The translations under genes were made by a program, and so were the position numbers. Below the pieces are notes generated by a model. It was not told where the DNA came from. It saw nothing but the letters and a program-made list of their open reading frames with translations, and searched no databases. Shown here piece after piece: positions 27,723 to 36,391 of a stretch of DNA of 53,104 nt (positions are counted from its first letter, which is position 1; each line of letters starts with the position of its first letter). Source of the stretch: Candidatus Limnocylindrales bacterium (GTDB lineage Bacteria > Chloroflexota > Limnocylindria > Limnocylindrales > CSP1-4); the NCBI GenBank assembly GCA_037720745.1, contig JBBJNS010000002.1, forward strand, positions 1-53,104, read 5' to 3'.

Positions 27723-28529
27723 TCACAGCACGCGACCCCGGCTGAAACCGGCAGGATCCTGATCACCATCACCCCCCGTGATATCTGGCGAAGATCGCCG
27801 GGATGTCGGTCGCATCGCGGCGAGCGCCTCGGTCAGATCGATCTGACCGTCGTAGAGCGACCGGCCCAGGATGGCGGCTGCCATCCCTGCATCAGTCAGC
27901 GCGCACAGGTCAGCCAGCCTGGAGATGCCGCCCGACGCGATGAGGCGAGCGGCTGGGAATGCTTCTCGAAGCGCGCCGAGGGTCTCGAGGTCGGGACCGC
28001 TCAGCATCCCGTCCCGTTCGACGGAGGTCACCGCGAACCACTCGAGGCCCCCGGCGCTGAGTCCCTCGATGACGGCCCTGTGGTCGACCCCGTCCGCGCC
28101 GGTCGCCCAGGCCGAACCGACAGCCACGTCGCCACGCACATCGACGGCTGCCACGATGCGTTGGGCGCCATGCTCTCCTACGAGCTCGCGGCCTAGCTGG
28201 ACGTCGCGAAGAAGAGCCGTACCGAGGATCACTCGATCGGCGCCGAGGAGGAGCATCCGTCGAGCGTCGTCCAGGCTCCGGATCCCCCCGCCGACCTGGC
28301 ATGGGATGGATACCGACGAGACGATCCGTTCCACCAGAGCGGCCTGGACCGGCTGGCCCGCTCGCGCCCCGTCAAGATCGACCAGGTGCAGGCGGGAAGC
28401 ACCCTCCCCTGCCCAGCGCTGGGCGACGGCCACGGGATCGAGTCCGTGGACGGACTCCCGTTCGAAGTCTCCCTGCCGAAGCCGCACGACCATCCCGTCC
28501 CGAAGGTCGATGGCGGGGATCAGCTCCAT
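27723..28529 (-). CDS. hisA: Phosphoribosylformimino-5-aminoimidazole carboxamide ribotide isomerase (HisA, or bifunctional PriA-type)
   Basis: MELIPAIDLRDGMVVRLRQGDF.., ..VGGGIRS.., ..ASGGISRLADL.. The last roughly 25 codons look like read-through to the first available stop. Confidence 0.9.
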   Translation of the reverse strand: MELIPAIDLRDGMVVRLRQGDFERESVHGLDPVAVAQRWAGEGASRLHLVDLDGARAGQPVQAALVERIVSSVSIPCQVGGGIRSLDDARRMLLLGADRVILGTALLRDVQLGRELVGEHGAQRIVAAVDVRGDVAVGSAWATGADGVDHRAVIEGLSAGGLEWFAVTSVERDGMLSGPDLETLGALREAFPAARLIASGGISRLADLCALTDAGMAAAILGRSLYDGQIDLTEALAAMRPTSRRSSPDITGGDGDQDPAGFSRGRVL

Positions 28530-28544
28530 ACACGTATCCCGCTC

Positions 28545-28574
28545 TTGACATCTACCATGTGAGCACTCTACCGT
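28545..28574 (+). promoter_or_regulatory. Candidate promoter for the TrpR-like gene / his operon
   Basis: TTGACA at 28545-28550, an 18-nt spacer, then TACCGT at 28569-28574. The -10 abuts or overlaps the palindrome. The region is strikingly AT-rich for this genome. Confidence 0.35.
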
Positions 28575-28590
28575 ATTAGCATGCTAATAC
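28573..28590. promoter_or_regulatory. 18-bp perfect palindrome GTATTAGCATGCTAATAC, candidate operator for the adjacent TrpR/YerC-like regulator
   Basis: Perfect dyad symmetry, checked base by base. 12 of 18 positions are identical to the symmetric E. coli trp operator GTACTAGTTAACTAGTAC (from memory). It lies 29 nt upstream of the TrpR-like gene ATG and 44 nt upstream of the divergent hisA ATG. Confidence 0.5.
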
Positions 28591-28618
28591 ACTCGCATGG
28601 TGTGGCGGAGGCCGCTGG

Positions 28619-28966
28619 ATGACCGGCGAATGGCGCTCGCCTACGACAGATGACCTGCTTGATGCCATCGCCGCGCTCCCCGATCGCGAGGCCGCTGCTG
28701 TCTTCATGCGCGATCTTTGCACTTTGCGAGAACTGCAGGACATGGCCCAGCGCTGGGAAGTCGTGCAACTCCTCGATCGAGGCCGGCACTACGCCGAGAT
28801 CTCGCGTGAGACCGGGGCCAGCACGGCGACCATCACGCGCATCGCCCAATGGCTCAGGCACGGGACCGGGGGCTATCGCGACGCGCTCGATCGCGGCCAG
28901 GGCGTGGCGGCACGCGAGCGAGGGACTACCAGCGCCGCCTCGGCTGCCCCGGCGGGCGACCGATGA
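28619..28966 (+). CDS. TrpR-like YerC/YecD family DNA-binding protein
   Basis: ..FMRDLCTLRELQDMAQRWEVVQLLDRGRHYAEISRETGASTATITRIAQWLRHGTGGY matches the YerC/YecD (Trp repressor-related) pattern. GGAGG lies 7 nt before the ATG. The stop overlaps the hisG ATG (ATGA). Confidence 0.8.
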   Translation: MTGEWRSPTTDDLLDAIAALPDREAAAVFMRDLCTLRELQDMAQRWEVVQLLDRGRHYAEISRETGASTATITRIAQWLRHGTGGYRDALDRGQGVAARERGTTSAASAAPAGDR

Positions 28967-29838
28967 CGCTGCCCCTCGATCCCTCCCGCCTTCGTCTGGC
29001 GGTGCCTAACAAGGGGCGCATGCTGGAGCCGACGACGTCGCTACTGCGCGACTCCGGCCTGTCATTCGAGTCCACCGCGCGCGCGCTGGTCGCCCACGCC
29101 GACAACTTCCCGTTGGACATCCTGTTCGTTCGTACGGAGGACGTCATCGAGTTCGTGGGCGACGGGGTGGCGGACCTGGGCATCACGGGTACGAACCTGC
29201 TGGTGGAAGCCGGAGCCGAGCTGCCCATCATGCTCGAGCTCGGTTATGGCCGATGCCGCCTGGAGGGGGCCGTACCCAGCGATTCGAGCGCGACCGAACT
29301 GACCGACCTCGCCGGCATGCGCCTCGCCACCAGCCACCCAGAGACGACCCGCCGCTTCTTCGAAGAGCGCCGGATCTCGGTGGAGGTCGTGTCCATCAGC
29401 GGAGCGGTCGAGGTAGCGCCGCGGATGGGTCTGGCCGACGGCATCGTGGATCTCGTCTCGACCGGCTCGACGCTGGTCATGAACGGCCTGCGCTCGGTGG
29501 GCGTCCTGCTCGCGAGCGAGGCCATCCTGGTGTCGGGCCCCCGTCCGTCGAACGGGCATGCCGAGGCCGTCGATGACCTTGTGACGATGGTCCGCTCGGT
29601 GGTGGCCGGCCGGCGCCGCAAGTACCTGATGATGAACGCGCCACGCGAGGCGCTCGAGCGGATCGAGGCGCTGCTGCCGGGCCTGGCATCGCCCAGCATC
29701 ATCCCCCTCGCCGACGAGCGCATGGTGGCAGTGCACGCTGTGGTCGCCACCGACGAAGTCTGGGGATTGCTGCCGCGCCTGCGCGGCGCTGGTGCATCGG
29801 GGATCCTGGTCCTGCCCGTGGAGAAGCTGGTGCCGTGA
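28963..29838 (+). CDS. hisG: ATP phosphoribosyltransferase, long form
   Basis: MTLPLDPSRLRLAVPNKGRMLEPT.., ..DLVSTGSTLVMNGL.. Length of 291 aa includes the C-terminal regulatory domain. Confidence 0.92.
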   Translation: MTLPLDPSRLRLAVPNKGRMLEPTTSLLRDSGLSFESTARALVAHADNFPLDILFVRTEDVIEFVGDGVADLGITGTNLLVEAGAELPIMLELGYGRCRLEGAVPSDSSATELTDLAGMRLATSHPETTRRFFEERRISVEVVSISGAVEVAPRMGLADGIVDLVSTGSTLVMNGLRSVGVLLASEAILVSGPRPSNGHAEAVDDLVTMVRSVVAGRRRKYLMMNAPREALERIEALLPGLASPSIIPLADERMVAVHAVVATDEVWGLLPRLRGAGASGILVLPVEKLVP

Positions 29839-31193
29839 CCACTGCACAGCCACGACCGCTCGCTCCCGCTTCCCTGCGGCGAGTCCGCCTCGGTGAACTG
29901 GATGCGGCCGCACGAACGACCATCGTCGAGCGCAGCATGACCTCCACGCCGGAGGTGCGTGAGGCGGTTCGCACCATCATGGAGGGCGTCGCGCGCGGCG
30001 GCGACGAGGCACTCCGCGACGCCAACCAGCGCTTTGGTGGCGGGCTGCCTGCTGATGCCCAGGGCCCCGCGCCTTTGACGCTCGACCGTGCGACGCTCCG
30101 AGCTGCCCGCGACGCACTCCCCGCCGGGCTTCGAGACGCGCTGAGCCACATGGCCCGCAACATCGAGCGCTTCCACGCCGCGCAGGTGCCGCCGCCCGAG
30201 CAGTGGGTCGACGTAGCGCCAGGCATCCTGGTCGGTCGAGTCTGGCGGCCGCTGGATCGAGTGGCAGCCTACGTGCCCGGCGGCACCGCCGCCTATCCCT
30301 CCTCGCTGCTTATGAGCGCCATCCCGGCTCGCCTGGCTGGCGTCGGCGAATTCGTCGTGGCCAGCCCGACAGGGCGTGACGGCACCCTGTCCCCTGCCCT
30401 GTTGGGCGCGGCCGGCCTGATGGAGGTCGACGAGTTCGTGATCGCCGGGGGTGCGCAGGCCATCGCGGCACTGGCTTATGGCACGGAGAGCGTCCGGGCG
30501 GTCGACAAGATCGTCGGCCCCGGCAACGCCTGGGTCACGGCGGCCAAGCTGGAGGTCTTCGGTCGGGTCGCCATCGACATGCCCGCCGGTCCTTCGGAGG
30601 TGATGGTGGTGGCCGACGATTCGGCCGACCCGGCCCACGTGGCGGCCGACTTGCTGAGCCAGGCCGAGCACGGGCCTGACTCACCGGCCATCCTGGTCAC
30701 CACCTCAGCACGCTTGGCCGATCGAGTGACCGAGGCCATCACACGCCAGTTGCCGTCCCTCCCCCGCCAGGCCGAGTTGCAAGCGTCCCTGGCAAGTGCC
30801 GGGCTCATCGTCGTGACCGATACGCTGGAGGAGGCCTTTGATCTCGTGAACGAGTACGCGCCGGAACACCTGTCCGTGGTGGTTCAAGACCTCGACGCTG
30901 CGCAAGCCACCATCCGCCACGCCGGCTCGCTTTTCCTGGGGGCGTACGCGCCCGAGTCCGCGGGCGACTACGCCACCGGCTCCAACCATGTGTTACCCAC
31001 CGGCCGCTTGGCACGCTCGTACGGGGCGCTCGGTGTCGAGGCGTTCGGCAAGTGGCTGCAGGTCCAGCGCGTGACCCGGGAAGGCCTTGCGTCGGTGCGT
31101 GACACGGTGGCCACGGTGGCCGAGGCAGAAGGACTTTCGGCACACCGTCGGGCGCTCGAGATCCGCTTCGAGTCGGACGAGGGAACCCGGTGA
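29835..31193 (+). CDS. hisD: Histidinol dehydrogenase
   Basis: ..AYVPGGTAAYPSSLLM.., ..GPGNAWVTAAK.., ..SQAEHGPDS.., ..GDYATGSNHVLPT.. Confidence 0.95.
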   Translation: MTTAQPRPLAPASLRRVRLGELDAAARTTIVERSMTSTPEVREAVRTIMEGVARGGDEALRDANQRFGGGLPADAQGPAPLTLDRATLRAARDALPAGLRDALSHMARNIERFHAAQVPPPEQWVDVAPGILVGRVWRPLDRVAAYVPGGTAAYPSSLLMSAIPARLAGVGEFVVASPTGRDGTLSPALLGAAGLMEVDEFVIAGGAQAIAALAYGTESVRAVDKIVGPGNAWVTAAKLEVFGRVAIDMPAGPSEVMVVADDSADPAHVAADLLSQAEHGPDSPAILVTTSARLADRVTEAITRQLPSLPRQAELQASLASAGLIVVTDTLEEAFDLVNEYAPEHLSVVVQDLDAAQATIRHAGSLFLGAYAPESAGDYATGSNHVLPTGRLARSYGALGVEAFGKWLQVQRVTREGLASVRDTVATVAEAEGLSAHRRALEIRFESDEGTR

Positions 31194-32293
31194 CGGACGT
31201 GGCAGCCTCGGGCGCCTCGCAGGTCTACACCTGGGAACCGTCCAACCGCGCCATCGCGGAGCGCTACGGACTGCGCCCCGAGGACATCCTGCGCTTCGAT
31301 ACGAATACCTCGCCGGCGCCGCCGGACTGGGCCGCCGCGATGTTGCGCGACGACTTCGATCCGCCGCTCAATGAGTACCCGGATAGCAGCTACGCTGATC
31401 TGACGGCCGCGGCTGCGGCGTATCTCGGCATCGCACCCGACCGCATCGTGGTTGGCGCGGGCGCGGATGAGATCATCGACATGGTGGCCAAGGCCTGGTT
31501 GGGCGAAGGCGCCACGGCCCTGGTGCCGACACCGACCTACGGCATGTACGGCGTGGTAAGCGGCCAGCGCGAGGCACGGGTCAAGCGGATACCGCGACTC
31601 GGACCCGACGGTGGGTACGGGCTCGACCTGGGGGCGCTCCTGCCCCTCCTGGCTGGGGCCTCGGTGGTGTGGCTGTGCGATCCGAACAATCCGACCGGAG
31701 CCCGCGAGGACCCCGACCGGCTGCTCGTGCTCTTGGATGTCGCAGCGGCCGTCCCGGATCGGCCGCTGGTGGTCATCGACGAGGCCTACGCCGAGTTCGT
31801 GGAAGGCAGCGCGGTCTCGTGGCTCGACCGGTATCCGCACCTGCTGGTGGTGCGCACGCTCTCCAAGGCCTTTGCACTGGCCGGCGCACGTGTGGGCTAC
31901 GCGGCGGGCTCGCGCGCCGTGATCGCCCGAATGGAACGCGTCCGTCCGCCGGGAAGCATCTCGACCATCTCCGCGACACTCGGCGCGATGGCGTTGAGCC
32001 GCCCTGAGGTTGCCCGCGCCAACGCGACGCGACTCGCTTCGGAGCGCGAGTGGCTGGCCGCGCGACTGGCCACCGCTGGCTGGCCGCCCGCGCCGAGCGT
32101 GACCAACTTCCTGCTCGTTCCTCTCGGTGACAGGTCGCGCACGGAGGCTGTCGCCGAGCACTTGCTGGAGGCCGGCATCGTGCCGCGCACCTTCCCGATC
32201 GACCACCCGCTGGCCGATCACCTTCGCCTGACGGTACGCAGCCGCGCGGAGAACGAGCGGCTGCTGACGATCATCGACGGATGGCAGCCGTGA
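31190..32293 (+). CDS. hisC: Histidinol-phosphate aminotransferase
   Basis: Class II aminotransferase. ..DPNNPTG.., ..VVIDEAYAEF.., ..RTLSKAFALAGARVGY (PLP lysine). Confidence 0.92.
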   Translation: MTDVAASGASQVYTWEPSNRAIAERYGLRPEDILRFDTNTSPAPPDWAAAMLRDDFDPPLNEYPDSSYADLTAAAAAYLGIAPDRIVVGAGADEIIDMVAKAWLGEGATALVPTPTYGMYGVVSGQREARVKRIPRLGPDGGYGLDLGALLPLLAGASVVWLCDPNNPTGAREDPDRLLVLLDVAAAVPDRPLVVIDEAYAEFVEGSAVSWLDRYPHLLVVRTLSKAFALAGARVGYAAGSRAVIARMERVRPPGSISTISATLGAMALSRPEVARANATRLASEREWLAARLATAGWPPAPSVTNFLLVPLGDRSRTEAVAEHLLEAGIVPRTFPIDHPLADHLRLTVRSRAENERLLTIIDGWQP

Positions 32294-32919
32294 ACCGCGC
32301 AGCCCGTGAGGCCGAGGTCCTACGCGAGACGCGAGAGACCCGCATCAGCGTGAGACTCACGCTGGACGGCTCTGGTCAAGCGTCGATCGCCACGGGCATC
32401 GGTTTCTACGACCACCTGCTGACCTCGCTGGCCCACCACTCGCTCTTCGACCTGTCGATCGAGGCCGAAGGCGACCTCCACATCGACGAGCACCACACCG
32501 TGGAGGACATCGCACTGAGCCTCGGTGAGACGCTAAGCCGGGCGCTGGGCGATCGTGCCGGCATCGAGCGCTTCGGTGAGGCGTCCGTGCCCATGGACGA
32601 GTCGCTGGCGACCTGCGTGCTTGATCTCTCGGGTCGACCGTACGCGGTGCTGGACCTGCCCTTCCATGGCGAGCGCGTGGGCGCCCTTCCAACGCAGCTG
32701 GTGGAGCACGCCCTCGAGTCGCTCGCGCGGACGGCCGGTGCGACTCTCCATCTGCGCGCCAGCGGTCGCAACGACCACCACATGGCCGAAGCCAGCTTCA
32801 AGGCGCTTGCCCGAGCCTTGCGACGGGCCGTCTCGATCGACCCACGACGCACCGGCGTGGCCTCCACGAAGGGCACCCTGGAGTTCCGGCCGAGCACTTC
32901 CACGGAGTCGGACGAATGA
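32281..32919 (+). CDS. hisB: Imidazoleglycerol-phosphate dehydratase
   Basis: ..RETRETRISVRLTLDGSG.., ..HHTVEDIALSLG.., ..GRNDHHMAEASFKALARAL. An alternative GTG start at 32290 gives a GTGA overlap with hisC. Confidence 0.92.
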   Translation: MAAVNRAAREAEVLRETRETRISVRLTLDGSGQASIATGIGFYDHLLTSLAHHSLFDLSIEAEGDLHIDEHHTVEDIALSLGETLSRALGDRAGIERFGEASVPMDESLATCVLDLSGRPYAVLDLPFHGERVGALPTQLVEHALESLARTAGATLHLRASGRNDHHMAEASFKALARALRRAVSIDPRRTGVASTKGTLEFRPSTSTESDE

Positions 32920-33530
32920 CCGAGGTCGCTGTCGTCGACTACGGTGCGGGCAACCTGGTGAGTATCCAGCACGCGCTGGAGCGGGCTGGCGCCACCGTGC
33001 GGCAGGCCAGCCGGCCGGCCGACCTGGTCGATGCCGATGTGGTCGTGGTGCCGGGCGTCGGCGCGAGTGGCCCCGCCATGGCACGTCTGCGCCGCGGAGG
33101 CCTTGACCGGGCGATCACCGACGCGGTGGGCGATGGCGCCTGGTACTTCGGTGTGTGCCTCGGTCTCCAGTTGCTCTTCGAGCGCTCCGAGGAAGACGGG
33201 GCCGAGATGCTGGGGTTGCTGGCCGGATCAGTCCAACGAGTGCCGGACGCTCCGCGCCTGCCGCACATCGGCTGGAACTCCCTGGAGCGCGTGCGCGAGC
33301 ACCCGCTGCTCGATGGCGTGGCGGACGGCGCGCCGGCCTACTTCGTCCACTCCTTCGTGGGTGTGCCGGACGACCGCGACACGGTCGTCGCCGAAACCGA
33401 ACATGGCGGCAGGTTCGCGAGCATCGTCGCCTCGGGACGCGTGATGGGCATCCAGTGCCACCCTGAGCGGTCGGGGATCGACGGCCTGCGCATCCTCGGC
33501 AACCTGGTGCGGCTCGCGGCCACGAGCTGA
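32916..33530 (+). CDS. hisH: Imidazole glycerol phosphate synthase, glutamine amidotransferase subunit
   Basis: ..VVDYGAGNLVSIQHALE.., ..GVCLGLQLLFE.., ..IQCHPERSG. Confidence 0.93.
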   Translation: MTEVAVVDYGAGNLVSIQHALERAGATVRQASRPADLVDADVVVVPGVGASGPAMARLRRGGLDRAITDAVGDGAWYFGVCLGLQLLFERSEEDGAEMLGLLAGSVQRVPDAPRLPHIGWNSLERVREHPLLDGVADGAPAYFVHSFVGVPDDRDTVVAETEHGGRFASIVASGRVMGIQCHPERSGIDGLRILGNLVRLAATS

Positions 33531-33533
33531 CGG

Positions 33534-34322
33534 ATGCTCCTGCGCCGCGTGATCCCCTGCCTCGACGTGGCCGACGGCCGCGTGGTCAAGGGCACCCGCT
33601 TCGTGGACCTGTCTGATGAGGGCGATCCACCCACGCTCGCCGCGCGCTACGCGGAGGCCGGCGCGGATGAGATCGTGTTCCTGGACATCACGGCAGCACC
33701 GGAGGCACGCGGCACGCTGCTGGACATCGTGGAGCGCACCGCGCGCAGTGCCTTCGTGCCGCTCACGGTGGGCGGCGGCGTGCGCTCGGCGGCCGACATG
33801 AAGGCCGTCCTGCGCGCGGGAGCGGACAAGGTCGGCGTCAACACGGCGGCCGTCCGTGATCCTGCCCTGATCAGGCGATGTGCCCGTCTATTCGGCCGTC
33901 AGTGCGTCGTGGCGTCGATCGATGCGCGGGCGCGTTTGGGGACGGGCGATGAGCCGCCAGGCTGGGAGGTCGTGGTGCGCGGCGGTCGCGAGGCGACGGG
34001 CCTGGACGCGGTGGCTTGGGCGCAGCGTCTCGTGGAGCTGGGCGCCGGCGAGGTGCTGTTGACGTCCATCGACCGGGACGGCACCCGCGGCGGCTACGAC
34101 CTGGAGCTCATTCGAACGGTCGTCGCTGCCGTGGACGTGCCCGTCGTGGCGTCGGGCGGCGCCGGCACGCCGGGCGACATGGTGGCGGCCATCACTGACG
34201 GTGGCGCTGACGCAGTGCTGGCAGCGTCGATCTTCCATCGGGACCTGCACTCGATCGCCTCGGTCAAGGAGGCACTGGCGGCGGCGGGCGTCCCGGTCCG
34301 ACTCGCGCCGGTCGCCGTCTGA
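33534..34322 (+). CDS. hisF: Imidazole glycerol phosphate synthase, cyclase subunit
   Basis: ..[19 protein letters not shown].., ..LTVGGGVRS.., ..[12 protein letters not shown].. Confidence 0.95.
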   Translation: MLLRRVIPCLDVADGRVVKGTRFVDLSDEGDPPTLAARYAEAGADEIVFLDITAAPEARGTLLDIVERTARSAFVPLTVGGGVRSAADMKAVLRAGADKVGVNTAAVRDPALIRRCARLFGRQCVVASIDARARLGTGDEPPGWEVVVRGGREATGLDAVAWAQRLVELGAGEVLLTSIDRDGTRGGYDLELIRTVVAAVDVPVVASGGAGTPGDMVAAITDGGADAVLAASIFHRDLHSIASVKEALAAAGVPVRLAPVAV

Positions 34323-34975
34323 TGGAAATCGATAGCGATGCCGTACGCTGGGGACACGACGGACTGGTTCCCACCGTCGTGCAGGACGCCGCGGACGGTC
34401 ATGTTCTCATGCTCGCCTGGCAGGACCGCGAGGCATTGGAGGCGACCCTGCACACGGGCGAGGTCCACTTCCACTCACGATCCCGCGATCGACTCTGGCG
34501 CAAGGGCGAGACCAGCGGCAACGTGCTCCGCCTGGTCAGCGCGCAGCTCGACTGCGACGGCGACGCGATCCTGCTTACCGCTGTGCCGGCCGGACCGACC
34601 TGCCACACGGGTGCCCGCTCCTGCTTCGACCACGTGGCGGCCGAGCGCGCGCTCGCCGCGCCGCCCCAGGGCTTCGCCTGGCTGGAGACACTTTGGTCGA
34701 CCATCGCCGATCGCGCCGCCACCCGCCCGGGCGGCTCCTACACGACGCGACTGCTGGAAGTCGGCGTGGACGGCGTGGCTCGCAAGGTCGCCGAGGAAGC
34801 CACCGAGGTCGTGCTCGCTGCCAAGGACGACGCCGCCGCGGGCAACGACGAGACGAAGGGCGCCCTGACAGGCGAACTGGCGGACCTGCTCTACCACGCG
34901 CTGGTCCTGGCAGCGGAGCGCAGCGTACCGCCCGCCGCCATCATCGATGAGCTACGACTCCGGCACGTTCGCTAG
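34322..34975 (+). CDS. hisI: Bifunctional phosphoribosyl-AMP cyclohydrolase / phosphoribosyl-ATP pyrophosphatase
   Basis: N-terminal HisI (..LVPTVVQDAADGHVLMLAWQDREAL..FHSRSRDRLWRKGETSGN..C.GD..) fused to C-terminal HisE (..TTRLLE.G...ARKVAEEA.E...A..). Confidence 0.92.
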   Translation: MEIDSDAVRWGHDGLVPTVVQDAADGHVLMLAWQDREALEATLHTGEVHFHSRSRDRLWRKGETSGNVLRLVSAQLDCDGDAILLTAVPAGPTCHTGARSCFDHVAAERALAAPPQGFAWLETLWSTIADRAATRPGGSYTTRLLEVGVDGVARKVAEEATEVVLAAKDDAAAGNDETKGALTGELADLLYHALVLAAERSVPPAAIIDELRLRHVR

Positions 34976-35036
34976 CTTCCTTGCGAGGAGGCGCATGAGG
35001 CCGGCATGAAGTCCAGCGCCGGCGACTGACCACCGG

Positions 35037-36362
35037 CTACTCTGCCCGACGGCCTAAGGCGAGGCGCTTCTTGCCGGCGCGTACGAGGAGGTAGCGCCCC
35101 GCCACTCGTTCGGGAAACGCCTGATCCACAGACGTCACTCGCTCACCGCCGACGGACAGCCCACCTTGCGAGATGGCGCGCCGCGCGTCGCCCTTGGACG
35201 CGAAGAGCCTGCTGGCCAGCGCCAGGTCGACCATGTCACCTGCCAGCACCTCGTCGGTCAGCACGAACCCTCCGACCTCCCGGTGCAGCACTTCCAGCAC
35301 CTCGGGATCGGTGATGGGGGCGCCTGAGAAGGCCGCGTCCGCCACCCGCACCTGCCGCTCGGCCTCCTCCTGGCCGTGGATACGGGACGTCAGGTCGAAG
35401 GCGAGAGCCCGCTGCGCCGCTCGCTCCCCCGGCGCTGCCGCCTGCTCGGCCGCGATGGCCTCGATCTCCTCGCGCCCCAGCTCCGTCAGCCAGCGCATGT
35501 GCTGCACGGCCAGCTCGTCCTCGTCGCCGATCCAGTACTGGTAGAACTCATAGGCGCTCGTCAACGTCGGGTCCAGAAACACCGCGCCGCGCTCCGACTT
35601 GCCCATCTTCACGCCCGACCGCGTCAGCAGCAGCGGGCTGCACAGCCCGAAGGCCGGCGGATCGGCTCCTTCCTCGCGCCCCTCGGCACGCCGGATGAGC
35701 TCCAGGCCGGCGGTGATGTTGCCCCACTGGTCGGCACCGCCCATCTGGAGGTCCACGCCCCGGTCGCGATGGAGGTGCAGGAAATCGGCCGCCTGCAACG
35801 TCATGTACGAGAACTCGGTGAAGGACATGCCCGCCCCCAGCCGCGCCTGCACGGAGTCCTTGGCCAGCATGTAGGGCACCGTGAAGTGCTTGCCGACCTC
35901 GCGCAGGAAGTCGAGCATGGAGTAGGGCGCCAGCCACTCGCGGTTGTCCACCACCAGTGGTTCGGTCGGCCCTGGGGAGAAGTCGATGAAGCGCTCCAGC
36001 TGCCCGCGGATGGCCACCGCGTTAGCAGCGATCTGCGCGTCGTCCAGGAGCTTGCGCTCGCTGCTCTTGCCCGACGGGTCGCCGATCATGCCGGTCGCGC
36101 CGCCGATGACTACTACCGGCCGGCCGCCGGCGCGCTGCAGATGCGTCAGCAGGAACACCTGGAGCAGGTGGCCCACATGCAGCGACGTAGCGGAAGCGTC
36201 GAAGCCGATGTAGCCCGAGATGGGCCCGCGGGCAAGGCGAGCGGCAAGGCCCGGGCTCTCCTCCGCGATGAGCCCGCGCCAGGCGAGTTCGCGCAGGAAG
36301 GCCGAGGGGTCCGCGGCAGGCCCAGTGGTCGTGTCGGTGGTCGGGTCGGTCGGCGTCGTCAT
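35037..36362 (-). CDS. tyrS: Tyrosine--tRNA ligase
   Basis: ..[15 protein letters not shown] (HIGH), ..KMGKS.., C-terminal S4-like domain. Confidence 0.95.
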   Translation of the reverse strand: MTTPTDPTTDTTTGPAADPSAFLRELAWRGLIAEESPGLAARLARGPISGYIGFDASATSLHVGHLLQVFLLTHLQRAGGRPVVVIGGATGMIGDPSGKSSERKLLDDAQIAANAVAIRGQLERFIDFSPGPTEPLVVDNREWLAPYSMLDFLREVGKHFTVPYMLAKDSVQARLGAGMSFTEFSYMTLQAADFLHLHRDRGVDLQMGGADQWGNITAGLELIRRAEGREEGADPPAFGLCSPLLLTRSGVKMGKSERGAVFLDPTLTSAYEFYQYWIGDEDELAVQHMRWLTELGREEIEAIAAEQAAAPGERAAQRALAFDLTSRIHGQEEAERQVRVADAAFSGAPITDPEVLEVLHREVGGFVLTDEVLAGDMVDLALASRLFASKGDARRAISQGGLSVGGERVTSVDQAFPERVAGRYLLVRAGKKRLALGRRAE

Positions 36363-36391
36363 ATGGGTCCTATGCTAGAGTCCCGGCCGAG

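Noticed and set aside
27723-27800. C-terminal extension of HisA as an extra domain
   Set aside because: The last roughly 25 residues (..RPTSRRSSPDITGGDGDQDPAGFSRGRVL) are low-complexity and follow the normal HisA C-terminus. This is most simply read-through to the first stop in GC-rich DNA.
34976-35036. Bidirectional intrinsic terminator between hisIE and tyrS
   Set aside because: Only weak GC stems (GCCGGC...GCCGGC, CCGG...CCGG) are present, with no flanking T- or A-tracts. This is not convincing.
36363-36391. T-box leaders for tyrS and pheS (47166-47194)
   Set aside because: The upstream gaps are only 29 nt, far too short for a T-box leader. No GGGUGGNACCGCG-like sequence lies nearby on the correct strand.
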